DNA from: Bdellovibrionales bacterium
Lineage (GTDB): Bacteria > Bdellovibrionota > Bdellovibrionia > Bdellovibrionales > DASUEL01
DNA: 43,578 bases
Direction: 5' to 3'
Assembly (NCBI GenBank): GCA_050250255.1
Contig: JBFWOZ010000025.1
Coordinates: forward strand, 1-43,578
Position numbers and translations under genes: made by a program. Positions 9,465 through 19,511 of this stretch are shown in pieces. The notes under the pieces are model-generated. The model searched no databases and was not told the origin of the DNA. It saw only the letters and a program-made list of their open reading frames with translations. Position 1 is the first letter of the stretch; each line of letters opens with the position of its first letter.

Positions 9465-11621
9465 ATGGAAGTAAAAAGTTCGGCAAAACATTACAGCTCT
9501 AAAATCTTTAGAGCATATATCCTTCTTTTGAAGCGAAAAGCTAAAGAAGCTGAATTCATTTCTAGAATTTCTGCTTTAGGATATTCATTAAACGAATTTT
9601 ATGATGATCGCAAATGGTTCTCTATCGTTGAAGAGCGTCAAATAATGTCTGTGATTAGAGAGATTGTTGGCGATAAAGACGTATGCTTTCAGGCGGGAAA
9701 ATTAGGGATGAAACCTGGGGCCTTGGGACGCGCTGAAGTTTTCATGATAAAAAACGTTCTTTCAATGTTTCAAATTTTTAAAAATGTGCCTACTTATGCG
9801 AATGTATTAAATAGAGTTTTAAGATACGAACAAGTGGCGATTGGTAAGAATATTTTTTCATTCAAAGTTATACCTCAGACAAGCTTGTTAAGCGAATATG
9901 AAAAGAAATTGTTGCTTGAGTCCATTCCTGACGTAGTAGAAAGTACTAAGGGATATTGGTTAGAATTAGCAAAGCTTAAAGGGTTTTCTAGTGGAAAAGT
10001 TGAAGTTGTTTATGAGAAGGAAAACATTTTTATTAATGTTTCTTTGCCTTCAGCTTTCTGGGTTGAGTTATTTCAAAATTTTAAAACATGTTTAATTTTA
10101 TTGTTACCAGGTATTATTGGTGCATGTTTATCTTGGCTGGTAAGCGGTAGTTTTAATAATGCATTGCTAATGGGCATGCTGCTAATTATTTCGACTGTAA
10201 GCATATTACTATTTGGAATGCTGAATGAAACTAAAACGATCGCTAAAAGAGTTGACGAACAGATTCAAGAGTCTCAGCTGATGCAAGTTCAATTAAAACG
10301 TCAAGCTGAGCAAAATTTATTAGTTAGAAAGTTTGTAGAAAGATTAATTCAGGATGGCGAGGTTGAATCTTTATATCAAAATGCGTGCGTTAACTTAAAA
10401 GAAATTATTGGCTTTGATCGGGTGCTAATTATGGTGGAAGAGAACGGTTCTCTTGTTGCTAAAAGCGGTATTGGTTTAGGCGTTGATCAGTTTATTGCAA
10501 ATAAATTTTCATTACCTGTACAGATAGATTCTGATGACAAAACCAAACTAACTAATATTTTTAAGAACCGATCTGAAGTTCTTATTCCGTCAGTTGCCGA
10601 GCATCTTAAAACTCTTAAAGATTCTATGAGCATTGAGTTTTTGACAAAATCTGCAAGTAAGTCATTCGCTTGTTCAGCAATTGCCTCTAAGTCAAAAGCT
10701 TTTGGTTTGTTGATTGCTGATAATGTTCAAGAGAATAAAGTATTAGAACCGCAAGATCTGCATTTATTGGCTACAATTGCAAAGCAAATTGGACTGTTTT
10801 TAGAGACCTTGGAGACTCAAAAGAAAATTGCTGATACTTATAAAACTACTGCAGAGGCATATAGCAAATTTGTGCCTTGGAAGGCTTTAGACTTTTTGGG
10901 TTATAATTCCATCTTTCAGGTTAAACTGGGTGATTATTCGGAATTGGATGTTTGCGTTTTGTTTGCTGACATTAGAGATTTTACTACGTTATGTGAGGAA
11001 ATGAATCCGAGAGATGTCATTAAGTTCTTAAATTCGTATTTTCATGCACTATCTCCTATTGTTGAGAAGTACGATGGTTTAATTGATAAATTTATGGGTG
11101 ACGGAGTAATGATAATGTTTGAAGATTCTCAATCTGCGGTCCGAGCAGCAGTGGAAATTCAGTCTGCTTTGCATGAATATAACGTGTTACATAGGTTGCC
11201 ATTGAGGAAAACAATTAAATCGGGGATTGGTATACATAAGGGAAGAATTGTGTTGGGGCCTGTGGGCTATGAAGATAGATTAAATATAACATTAGTTTCC
11301 GATAGCGTTAACGTAGCCTCACGCTTAGATAGTTATTCAAAAGAATTCGATGCCGACATTTTAGTTTCTGATGAGGTGGTGGAGATGCTGGAGCCAGCTT
11401 CTTTAACTATCATCAATCACGGCGAGAGAAATTTAAAGGGTAAGTCTAAAGCAATTCAAATGTTTGAAATTATTGTTCCTATTCAGACTTCGCTAGAAAC
11501 TATTGCTTTAAATCGTCAGTCTAAAAAATATATACAAGATTTAAAATTTCGATATGAATCAAAAATTAGTTTATCAAATTCTAATATGAACAATATTACA
11601 GTCAAAAGGACTGGTTCTTGA
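9465..11621 (+). CDS. Class III adenylate cyclase: N-terminal cytoplasmic sensor domain, 2 TM segments, GAF, catalytic domain
   Basis: FADIRDFTT, IDKFMGDG, GIGIHKG, DSVNVASRL, LKGKS; GAF with FGLLIADN. Confidence 0.9.
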   Translation: MEVKSSAKHYSSKIFRAYILLLKRKAKEAEFISRISALGYSLNEFYDDRKWFSIVEERQIMSVIREIVGDKDVCFQAGKLGMKPGALGRAEVFMIKNVLSMFQIFKNVPTYANVLNRVLRYEQVAIGKNIFSFKVIPQTSLLSEYEKKLLLESIPDVVESTKGYWLELAKLKGFSSGKVEVVYEKENIFINVSLPSAFWVELFQNFKTCLILLLPGIIGACLSWLVSGSFNNALLMGMLLIISTVSILLFGMLNETKTIAKRVDEQIQESQLMQVQLKRQAEQNLLVRKFVERLIQDGEVESLYQNACVNLKEIIGFDRVLIMVEENGSLVAKSGIGLGVDQFIANKFSLPVQIDSDDKTKLTNIFKNRSEVLIPSVAEHLKTLKDSMSIEFLTKSASKSFACSAIASKSKAFGLLIADNVQENKVLEPQDLHLLATIAKQIGLFLETLETQKKIADTYKTTAEAYSKFVPWKALDFLGYNSIFQVKLGDYSELDVCVLFADIRDFTTLCEEMNPRDVIKFLNSYFHALSPIVEKYDGLIDKFMGDGVMIMFEDSQSAVRAAVEIQSALHEYNVLHRLPLRKTIKSGIGIHKGRIVLGPVGYEDRLNITLVSDSVNVASRLDSYSKEFDADILVSDEVVEMLEPASLTIINHGERNLKGKSKAIQMFEIIVPIQTSLETIALNRQSKKYIQDLKFRYESKISLSNSNMNNITVKRTGS

Positions 11622-11650
11622 TCAATATTGAATCATCATAAGGCAGTGAA

Positions 11651-13369
11651 ATGGTAGATAAATATTCGATAGAAGATCTTAGGAGAAAAGATCTTAATAG
11701 GATGTCTATATTTGCTGCTCTTTATATAGTTATTCCAATAAATTTATTTGCCTATTTATATATCGACATACCGCCTCAAGGAATTCAGCTTTTTTGGGCA
11801 ACATTAAGATTAGGTACTGTTCCAGTTAGTATAGTAGCTATATTTTTTTTAAAAACATCCCGTGGATTTTACAATCCATTTCCGTGCATACTAGGATCTT
11901 GTTTATATATCATCGGAATTAATATTTTTTTTGCAAGCCATGCTGGTGGTTTAAACTCTCCATATGCCGCCGCCTTTATTCAAATATGTTATGGCTTAGC
12001 AATATTACCAGTGCCCGCATATCAATATTTGCTTGTAGCTATGTGTGCAATAGGTCTTCCTGTAACTATATTAGCACCTAATTGGGGTGAATTGGATTTT
12101 GCAAAAGAATATGCTTCTGAAACTAGCCACTTCATTATAGCAACAGCAATTTTTTACATTTTCAGAAAAGTTAGAAATAATCTGTACGTGACACAGCTGG
12201 AGCTTAAAGAAAAACTAGCTACACAAGATATAGATATTCAGAAAAAAGCCGAACAATTAATTTCTCTGCGTAAAGATGTGTTGCGACAGCAGGAGGAATT
12301 AGAAATTGCCAATCGTCTCTCCGATCTCGCGGCTCAAGTGGCGCATGATATTCGCTCTCCACTGACGGCGTTGAAGGTAGCGTTTGCAGATAATACTCCT
12401 AAGACCAAAGACGTTTTTGAGTTGGGTAGGACGGCATTGGTGAGGATCAATGATATTGCAAATAATCTTCTGAATTACCGGAAACATTTATCTGCCGTCT
12501 TAGAAACAGAACCTCTCGTACAGAAAACGCAGAGACCCTACATTTTATCACCTCGTATCGATCAGCTCATTTCTGAGAAACGGGTGGCGGGGGCGATTAA
12601 GCAACAGGAAAATATTGAACTTGTGCAAGATTCATCGCATCTCGTGTCTTTTGCGAATGTAGACAGTTTAAATATTATGCGAATCATTTCTAATCTACTT
12701 GATAATAGTTTAGAGGCTTGCACTGAGAAAGGAAAAATCTCGTTATCTTTAAAGATCGAAGGCCAAAAATTTGTTTTTCGTATTAAAGATACTGGAAAAG
12801 GAATTCCTCAGCATTTGCTTTCTAAGGTGGGTCAAAAAGGATTCAGTTACGGAAAAGAATCGGGTAACGGTTTGGGTTTATATTTCGCTAAGGATTTTTT
12901 AAAATCAAATGGTGGCGAAATAGATATTCGTTCCCAAGAAGGTGTTGGGACGGATGTAGTGATTTCATTTCCATTAGCTCCTTGTCCAGCTTGGAGTCTT
13001 CAAAAAATTCAAGTAGATGCTAAAAATTATTTTGTAGTTGTAGATGACGATCCGTCTCTTCATCAATTGTGGGCCCAAAAACTGGAGAGTTTGCCGACGA
13101 AGCCAACTCTAAAAACTTTTTTATCCCCAGACGACTTTCTCAAGTGGTATTCAACTTCGCCTGGTCAACCCTTTATGCTCATTATCGACTACGAGTTTGC
13201 TGACAAAACAATGAATGGGCTTGATCTCATCTCAAAATACAATCTCTCACAGGCTATTTTAGTCACGAGCCACTTTGAAAACGAATCCGTGCTCGAGCAA
13301 GTAGAGAGGCTTAAAATAAAAATGATCCCCAAAAGTCTTATGCAGCACGTGGAGCTCATTGTTACATAA
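11651..13369 (+). CDS. Multi-TM hybrid sensor histidine kinase with C-terminal receiver domain
   Basis: AQVAHDIRSPL H-box, NLLDNS, DTGKGIP, GNGLGL; receiver VVDDD...IDYEF...LVTS...IPK. Confidence 0.93.
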   Translation: MVDKYSIEDLRRKDLNRMSIFAALYIVIPINLFAYLYIDIPPQGIQLFWATLRLGTVPVSIVAIFFLKTSRGFYNPFPCILGSCLYIIGINIFFASHAGGLNSPYAAAFIQICYGLAILPVPAYQYLLVAMCAIGLPVTILAPNWGELDFAKEYASETSHFIIATAIFYIFRKVRNNLYVTQLELKEKLATQDIDIQKKAEQLISLRKDVLRQQEELEIANRLSDLAAQVAHDIRSPLTALKVAFADNTPKTKDVFELGRTALVRINDIANNLLNYRKHLSAVLETEPLVQKTQRPYILSPRIDQLISEKRVAGAIKQQENIELVQDSSHLVSFANVDSLNIMRIISNLLDNSLEACTEKGKISLSLKIEGQKFVFRIKDTGKGIPQHLLSKVGQKGFSYGKESGNGLGLYFAKDFLKSNGGEIDIRSQEGVGTDVVISFPLAPCPAWSLQKIQVDAKNYFVVVDDDPSLHQLWAQKLESLPTKPTLKTFLSPDDFLKWYSTSPGQPFMLIIDYEFADKTMNGLDLISKYNLSQAILVTSHFENESVLEQVERLKIKMIPKSLMQHVELIVT

Positions 13370-13456
13370 CAATTGCAGTCCCCTTAGTGCGTCACTGGTC
13401 ACGAATCTTCTTTCAACTCCACCTTACATTTAGTTTAATTTGCGGTGGAGGATCTT

Positions 13457-14911
13457 ATGAGAAAAATATTATTAGGCTTAGTTTTTAGTTCATTTGCTGT
13501 ACTAGGATTTTCACTCCCAAGTAACTCAGCAAAAGCACCAGAATATGTTATCGAAAATGACACTCGTTATATTATCCAAACGAATATTCGTAATCCTTAC
13601 GAAATGGGTAAACTCACTCGTACTTTAGTGCAACAAGGGTTCGATGTTGCCGGATACGTTTGGCAAAAAGGTGAGATTGAAGTCATCACAAACGCGAAGG
13701 GCATTAAAAAACTGAATGCTGCTGGTTTGAAGGGCTCAACTGTAGCTCAATTTTTAGCTCCGGATGCCCGCTTCTTGAATCCAGCAACGACTGCTAAAAA
13801 ACTTCAAGATTTGCATGCTGCTTATCCACAGCACACACGACTTGAACAGATTGGAACTTCTATTCAAGGCCGTCCTGTTTACGCTCTTCTCATTTCAAAC
13901 ACTCCTGCTAAAAATGATGCAATGGCTGTACAAAAGCCTTCCATTATTTTTGATGGAGTTCATCACGCTCGTGAAGTCATGACAGCAGAAGTCGTTATGG
14001 ACATAGCAGAAGAGCTTTTAACAAAACAAGGCTCTAGCGCTGCTTACAAAAAGATTGTCGACAATTGGCTCGTATGGGTTGTGCCTATGCTTAACGTTGA
14101 CGGTTCTAACATCGTATTTACAAACTATGCTATGTGGAGAAAAAATGCTCACATGACAAACAACCGTGTTCACGGTGTAGATTTGAATCGTAACTATGCT
14201 TTCAAATGGAACGCATGTGGCGGTTCATCTGGAGCAACTTCAAGCGAAACTTATCGTGGAGAGGCCGCTGGAAGCGAACCAGAGACAAAAGCGCTTATGA
14301 GTCTTGCAGAAATGGTGCGCCCTACAGCTTCGATTTCTTATCACTCCTACAGTGAACTCGTTCTTTATGCTTACGGATGTAATGGATTAAGAGCTGCTGA
14401 ACAACAGCTTGTAGAAGGTATTGGTAAAGAGCTTGCGGCACTTCTTCCTTCAGATAACGGACGCGGAACTTACACTCCTGGAACTCCATGGGAACTTCTT
14501 TATGCTGTAGATGGAGCATCCTCAGACCATATTTATGGCCAATTTGGTGCTCTCTCTTACACGTTTGAAGTGAACCAATCCTTTCAACCTGCCTATACGG
14601 TTCGCCAACCAACTTTAGAAAAACATCGTAAAGCTTGGTCTTGGTTCTTTGAACGCATGAGCAAAAATTTACTTACAATAAGCACTGTGAATGCGCGTAC
14701 GGGTCGCGCAGAGTCTGTCGAGATTGACATTGATACGGTTGTTCATCGCAATGGGGAAATGCCATTTAAATCTAATGCTCAAGGAAAGTTTTTTAAAGTC
14801 CTTGATCCTGGAGCTTATGTGATCACAGCGAAAACAGCTGATGGTCGTAGAGCTAACATGACAGTAGAAATGAGCGGGCAGCCAAAGACAGTGACTCTCA
14901 CAATTCAGTAA
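13457..14911 (+). CDS. M14 zinc carboxypeptidase, secreted
   Basis: DGVHHARE, NVDG, WRKN, GVDLNRNY, SEPET, SYHSYS, TFEV; GGAGG RBS. Confidence 0.93.
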   Translation: MRKILLGLVFSSFAVLGFSLPSNSAKAPEYVIENDTRYIIQTNIRNPYEMGKLTRTLVQQGFDVAGYVWQKGEIEVITNAKGIKKLNAAGLKGSTVAQFLAPDARFLNPATTAKKLQDLHAAYPQHTRLEQIGTSIQGRPVYALLISNTPAKNDAMAVQKPSIIFDGVHHAREVMTAEVVMDIAEELLTKQGSSAAYKKIVDNWLVWVVPMLNVDGSNIVFTNYAMWRKNAHMTNNRVHGVDLNRNYAFKWNACGGSSGATSSETYRGEAAGSEPETKALMSLAEMVRPTASISYHSYSELVLYAYGCNGLRAAEQQLVEGIGKELAALLPSDNGRGTYTPGTPWELLYAVDGASSDHIYGQFGALSYTFEVNQSFQPAYTVRQPTLEKHRKAWSWFFERMSKNLLTISTVNARTGRAESVEIDIDTVVHRNGEMPFKSNAQGKFFKVLDPGAYVITAKTADGRRANMTVEMSGQPKTVTLTIQ

Positions 14912-14937
14912 TTAAATTTTCAAAAAATTAAAAAAGA

Positions 14938-14962
14938 GGCGCACGAAAGTGCGCTTTTTTTT
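14938..14962 (+). terminator. Intrinsic terminator
   Basis: GCGCAC-GAAA-GTGCGC followed by T8. Confidence 0.9.
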
Positions 14963-15180
14963 ATTAAAATAACGCAGAATGAAAATTATTTTTTTTAAAA
15001 ATTCTATATTACTGCGTGAGCACCGCGTTTTTTGCTAATACAGACCTATTAGTTTTTCTGCTGTATTTGAGAAAATTTTTTTGTTTTGTTGATACCAGAA
15101 ATTGCTAAGAGATTTTTCAAAAACCAGTTAATGTTATTTCAATCTCAATTCATTTTCAATTAAACAAGGAAGGAAAATAC

Positions 15181-16584
15181 ATGCCTGTAAAGCGGAATAC
15201 TCTATTATTTGTATATTTGGTGGCATTATTAACAGCTTGTGGTCAGTCAGGATCGGCAACAAGTTCAATAGATATGGCTTGCCAATCGGACGAAACGGAA
15301 TCAGAGACGCTCTCTGCGCTTTCCATAGAAAATCAATTTGATTTTTATCTTTCGCAAGGACACAAAAAGTTCATTGTTAAGAAATTTGATTCGCAAAAAA
15401 CCATGTCGGTATCAGAAGCTCCTCGTAAAACATACAAGGTGGTTGGAGTGGAACACCGTATTCAAGGTTTAACGAATCAATGGGATGTTGTTGAGATCAA
15501 TTCTGCAAAGGGAGTTGCGGAGTTGAAGCAGCAGGGAAATTATTTTGAACAAATAGAATCCATCGAGCCCGATTACCCATTGCAGTTAGGCTTCAGCTCT
15601 TCTGATCCGCTTGTTTCCAAGCAATGGAGTTGGAAGCAAGTTGATTCGGAACGCGCTTGGGATCTAGATATAGGTAAACGCAAAGTGGTTGTGGCTGTGA
15701 TTGATTCAGGAATAGATATTCGTCATCGCGATTTAGTGAATAATATTTGGAAAAATTCTCGAGAAACTTTAAATGGGGTGGATGATGATCAAAATGGAAA
15801 AGTGGATGATATTTATGGCTGGGACTTTGCTCACAATGACGCTTCTCCTCTAGCTGATAGTAAAAGCGAAAACCACGGCACGCATGTGTCTGGCATTATT
15901 GGCGCTCAGGTTAACAATGCAGAGGGTATTCTTGGACAGTCTCCTAATGTTTTAATTATGCCATTAAGATTTATTAAAAGTATTGGTACAGGAAGTACCT
16001 CTGATGCCATTCGTGCGATTGATTACGCTATTGAGAAAAAGGCGGATATTATCAATGCAAGTTGGGGCGGTTCTAATTATTCAAAAGCACTCTTTGAAGC
16101 GGTGGAAAGATCTCGTAAAGCCGGAATTCTTTTTGTTACAGCAGCTGGAAACAATGGCCAAAATCTGGAAACAAAAAGTTGGTACCCTGCACTTTATCCA
16201 AGTGACAATATTTTGAGTGTAGCTGCATCAGCAAAAGATGATCAGCTCACTTCATTTTCCAACTACGGACGTAGCAAGGTGGATGTAGCAGCGCCGGGAC
16301 TTAATATTTTTTCTACCTACAATCAAAGTAGTTATGGTTCTATGAGCGGAACATCCATGGCAAGCCCATTGGTGGCAGGTCTCGCAGCTCACGTGAAAAG
16401 TGTGAATGACCGTTTAGACTATAAGCAGATTAAAAAAGTCATTTTGGCTTCTGTAGATCGCCAAACTTTTTTGACAAACAAAGTGCGTGCAGGCGGAAGA
16501 GTCAATGCTTATAAGGCTATTCGTGCGGCCAATGATCCTGGCTTTGATTATGATTTACCTACGGATAAGGGAACTTGCCCTTAA
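15181..16584 (+). CDS. S8 subtilisin-like serine peptidase, lipoprotein
   Basis: LTAC lipobox; VIDSG, HGTHVSG, AAGN, SGTSMASP. Confidence 0.95.
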   Translation: MPVKRNTLLFVYLVALLTACGQSGSATSSIDMACQSDETESETLSALSIENQFDFYLSQGHKKFIVKKFDSQKTMSVSEAPRKTYKVVGVEHRIQGLTNQWDVVEINSAKGVAELKQQGNYFEQIESIEPDYPLQLGFSSSDPLVSKQWSWKQVDSERAWDLDIGKRKVVVAVIDSGIDIRHRDLVNNIWKNSRETLNGVDDDQNGKVDDIYGWDFAHNDASPLADSKSENHGTHVSGIIGAQVNNAEGILGQSPNVLIMPLRFIKSIGTGSTSDAIRAIDYAIEKKADIINASWGGSNYSKALFEAVERSRKAGILFVTAAGNNGQNLETKSWYPALYPSDNILSVAASAKDDQLTSFSNYGRSKVDVAAPGLNIFSTYNQSSYGSMSGTSMASPLVAGLAAHVKSVNDRLDYKQIKKVILASVDRQTFLTNKVRAGGRVNAYKAIRAANDPGFDYDLPTDKGTCP

Positions 16585-16585
16585 T

Positions 16586-17752
16586 TTAAGGTGTATCTAA
16601 GATTTTTCTTAGCGCACGATCATAATTAATCACAACACGGCCGTCATAATTTTCGGCCGTTGTTAAAATAATCTCCATAATTTCTGAAGAGCTAAGATGT
16701 AATCTGAGACTCTTCAAAGCTGCAGCAACTCCCGAAACGTAAGCTGCGGACATACTTGTGCCATCCATATATCCCATTCCAGTTGACGATAATGCTGATG
16801 GGAGAAGACTGAAGACTTGCTCTCCAGGAGAGTATATTTGCACGGGTGTTCCATAATTTGAAAATGTTGAAACGGTATGATCTTTGGTAACGGATCCAAC
16901 AGTGAGTTTATTTGTCAGATGGAGAGAGGCTGGATAGACAGGTTTTATACGAAGATCTTCTCCTGAGTTGCCGGCAGCAAAAACAAATAAAATGTTTTTC
17001 CTTGAGCTGCCTATGAAAGCACCTTCTAGAATTTTCGAACAAAAAGGTGTGGTCCAACTTGCATTTACGATGTGGACACCACGTGCGATGACGTAGTTAA
17101 CCGCATGATAAGCGTTTTCAGCTGTTCCTTTTTCTCCATCCATAAAGTCGGCTGCGATAATTTTTGCTTGAGACGCTATTCCGCTAAATTCTCCAGAAGG
17201 ACTGCCGGCAATTGTGCCGCTCACATGCGTACCGTGTCCTTTTTCATCGTTCATCTCTGGAGTGCCATTGACAAAATTCCAACCCCATACGTCATCAATA
17301 TAGCCATTGCGATCATCGTCAACTCCGGTTACGCCTTGTTCCTCTACGAAATTTTTTTCGAGAGCGTTCTGTAGGAGGGCATGGGAGGTATCAACTCCTG
17401 CATCTACTACACCTACACGCACACCTTTTCCTAAGTTTGAGAAATATACGGGATTATTGAGAGGAGGATGAGCAAGGTAAGTTTGAGAAGGAGCCTGGGA
17501 AATACGATAATGAGGTTCTAAAAATAGAATTTGCTTTTCGTTTTCATCAATAAATTGATCAATTTTCTCTTCTGTGAAACGAACAACTTCTACTTCTCCA
17601 GACTTCCATTGTACTAAGTACTCTCCAGAAATTTGAGAACCCACACATTCTGGCGTAGCTTCTTTCTGTTTATTTTTATCTGAATTATATCCACAAGCTG
17701 AAAGGCATAAGTAAAGAGTCAGATAAAAAGTTTTTCTAGAGAGGGCACGCAC
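16586..17752 (-). CDS. S8 subtilisin-like serine peptidase, lipoprotein
   Basis: LSAC lipobox; VVDAG, GHGTHVSG, AAGN, DGTSMSA. Confidence 0.93.
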   Translation of the reverse strand: MRALSRKTFYLTLYLCLSACGYNSDKNKQKEATPECVGSQISGEYLVQWKSGEVEVVRFTEEKIDQFIDENEKQILFLEPHYRISQAPSQTYLAHPPLNNPVYFSNLGKGVRVGVVDAGVDTSHALLQNALEKNFVEEQGVTGVDDDRNGYIDDVWGWNFVNGTPEMNDEKGHGTHVSGTIAGSPSGEFSGIASQAKIIAADFMDGEKGTAENAYHAVNYVIARGVHIVNASWTTPFCSKILEGAFIGSSRKNILFVFAAGNSGEDLRIKPVYPASLHLTNKLTVGSVTKDHTVSTFSNYGTPVQIYSPGEQVFSLLPSALSSTGMGYMDGTSMSAAYVSGVAAALKSLRLHLSSSEIMEIILTTAENYDGRVVINYDRALRKILDTP

Positions 17753-18482
17753 TTCTTTCTCCTGAGTTGAGTCTTTGTTTGATATCTCGAATGAGGCTCA
17801 GAGAAATTGTCTTTGATTCTTGAGATTCCTCAGGAACTTGTTCTGTTGGCGGGGTTAAAGCTATGTAAAGTGGGGTAGAGATACTCACTTCTGTTGGCAA
17901 TACATTTGCGCTGGCTCCGAAGTGATGGAGGGCAGAGAGAAATACGCGAACACTTCTTTCGCGCTCAGGACACCCTAGCATTCCCTCTAAAAAGTAGGAG
18001 TAAGTTATTTTAACGGCTCGTGGAGAAATAATCTGAATCGTATAGCCAGTGTCGTCGTTTTCAAATGTGAGAGATGTGGAGCTGTGTTGCGTAATCTTGA
18101 ATTCTTCATAGAGTTCGGGATTCCAAAAATACTGTACAGTGGTACATCCATCTTGAGTGAAGCGCGAGAATTCTGCGAGTCTTTCTTTCGGATCTTCAAA
18201 AAATTCAAAACTTCTTTCAGCGAGCTGCCGATAGGCAAGGTCATCGAGTACAGGATGGGTCGTAATTTGTTCGGTGTAATTAACTGTAAATTGACCAAAT
18301 TGTGGCTGGTTCAAAAAACTATAGAGCTTAGAAACTTCAAGACACTCGCCGTTAGAAACCGCACTCATATCAATTTTTTCAATTGTTACAAGTTGGTCGG
18401 ATGATGCCTCAGGTTCATTCTTCTTCTGGCATCCTACAGTTATCGAGATTGAAAGAGCTAAAACAAGTATTGAATGTTTCAT
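17736..18482 (-). CDS. Hypothetical lipoprotein, coupled to the S8 gene
   Basis: TVGC lipobox; 17-bp overlap with the downstream peptidase ORF. Confidence 0.75.
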   Translation of the reverse strand: MKHSILVLALSISITVGCQKKNEPEASSDQLVTIEKIDMSAVSNGECLEVSKLYSFLNQPQFGQFTVNYTEQITTHPVLDDLAYRQLAERSFEFFEDPKERLAEFSRFTQDGCTTVQYFWNPELYEEFKITQHSSTSLTFENDDTGYTIQIISPRAVKITYSYFLEGMLGCPERERSVRVFLSALHHFGASANVLPTEVSISTPLYIALTPPTEQVPEESQESKTISLSLIRDIKQRLNSGERSACPL

Positions 18483-18502
18483 TGCCGCGACCTGCTTTCT
18501 TT

Positions 18503-18538
18503 AAAAAAAGACAGACAACTGTTGGCTGTCTGTCTTTT
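18503..18538. terminator. Bidirectional terminator-like hairpin after the repeat lipoprotein gene
   Basis: AAAAGACAGACA...TGTCTGTCTTTT. Confidence 0.75.
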
Positions 18539-18567
18539 GATAGTTGAATCGTAAAAACGTTAGAGGA

Positions 18568-19281
18568 TTAACCTTCTTGGTCTTGGTCAGGTTTATCTTC
18601 TGGCTTTTGCTCTTCGGGCTTCTGTTCTTCAGGCTTTTGCTCTTCCTGTTTTTGTTCTTCTTGTTTCTGCTCTTCTTGCTTTTGTTCTTCCTCTTTTTGT
18701 TCTTTCACAGCTTCCAAATCAAGGATAACAGAACCGTTTGCACAGTATTCTTTTGCTTCTTGTTTGCCTTTTTGATCTTGTTCCTGCTCTTGTTCAATAG
18801 TTACACATTGTCTAAGTGCAAAGCTCAAAGTTGCGAAAGAAGATTGGTCTTGGTCGTTACCAGCTTCTTCAATAAATGATACTTCACGTACGGTAGCCCA
18901 GCTTGCAGCATCGTCGATAATGATAGCACCATCATCAGCCATTCTTAATGTCATGACGTGTGAGTCACCTACATAAAGAAGAAGCGCGTGATCTGCTGTA
19001 TGCTCAACACGGTCAACGACTGCAAGACCATCGATGTCGCCAGCAAGTTCTGCGAAATGTTCTTCACCCGCATCAGATTCACCCATGTCTGTATCTACAG
19101 CGACATCAGTACGAAGATATTTAGTAAGAACTTCTGCGGCTGGAGTAGATGGTTGTGCAGTTTCCTGTGGTGCAACATCTGGTGTTGCGCCGCTTGGTGA
19201 ATTAGAGCTTTGGCATCCTAATGCAAATGCTGCGATAGCACCAAGTAGCACGGGTTTAATTAAATGTTTCATATTTTTCAT
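18568..19281 (-). CDS. Acidic hypothetical lipoprotein with EEQK[PQ] repeat tail
   Basis: ALGC lipobox, GAGGAGG RBS, C-terminal repeats. Confidence 0.85.
   Translation of the reverse strand: MKNMKHLIKPVLLGAIAAFALGCQSSNSPSGATPDVAPQETAQPSTPAAEVLTKYLRTDVAVDTDMGESDAGEEHFAELAGDIDGLAVVDRVEHTADHALLLYVGDSHVMTLRMADDGAIIIDDAASWATVREVSFIEEAGNDQDQSSFATLSFALRQCVTIEQEQEQDQKGKQEAKEYCANGSVILDLEAVKEQKEEEQKQEEQKQEEQKQEEQKPEEQKPEEQKPEDKPDQDQEG
18601..18702 (-). repeat. 15-bp degenerate coding tandem repeat, 6 full copies plus a partial
   Basis: Units such as GAAGAGCAAAAGCCA; EEQKQ x3 then EEQKP x3. Confidence 0.92.
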
Positions 19282-19511
19282 TCCTCCTCGTTATCGAGAT
19301 AGTGTGGTTCGTTTGATTCCCCAATCAGCAAACACGAAGCCGACGCTGAGGAGTGCGTAAAAACGTCTACAGACAAACGTCGAGGAAAAAAGTCTCTTTT
19401 TAATGGGATGCGTGAGCACAATTGCTACGTGTAGTTTTTTAAAAATACAAAAAACCCCGAAATGAAGGTGTTCAAAGAATGGAACAACTCTTGCTAATAC
19501 GTATTCAACTT

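Noticed and set aside
18601..18702. Tandem repeat as a possible CRISPR array
   Set aside because: 15-bp period, no spacers, coding; no cas genes or array seen in the window
18544..18879. F/L-rich 111-aa ORF resembling a membrane protein
   Set aside because: Antisense shadow of the EEQK repeat gene
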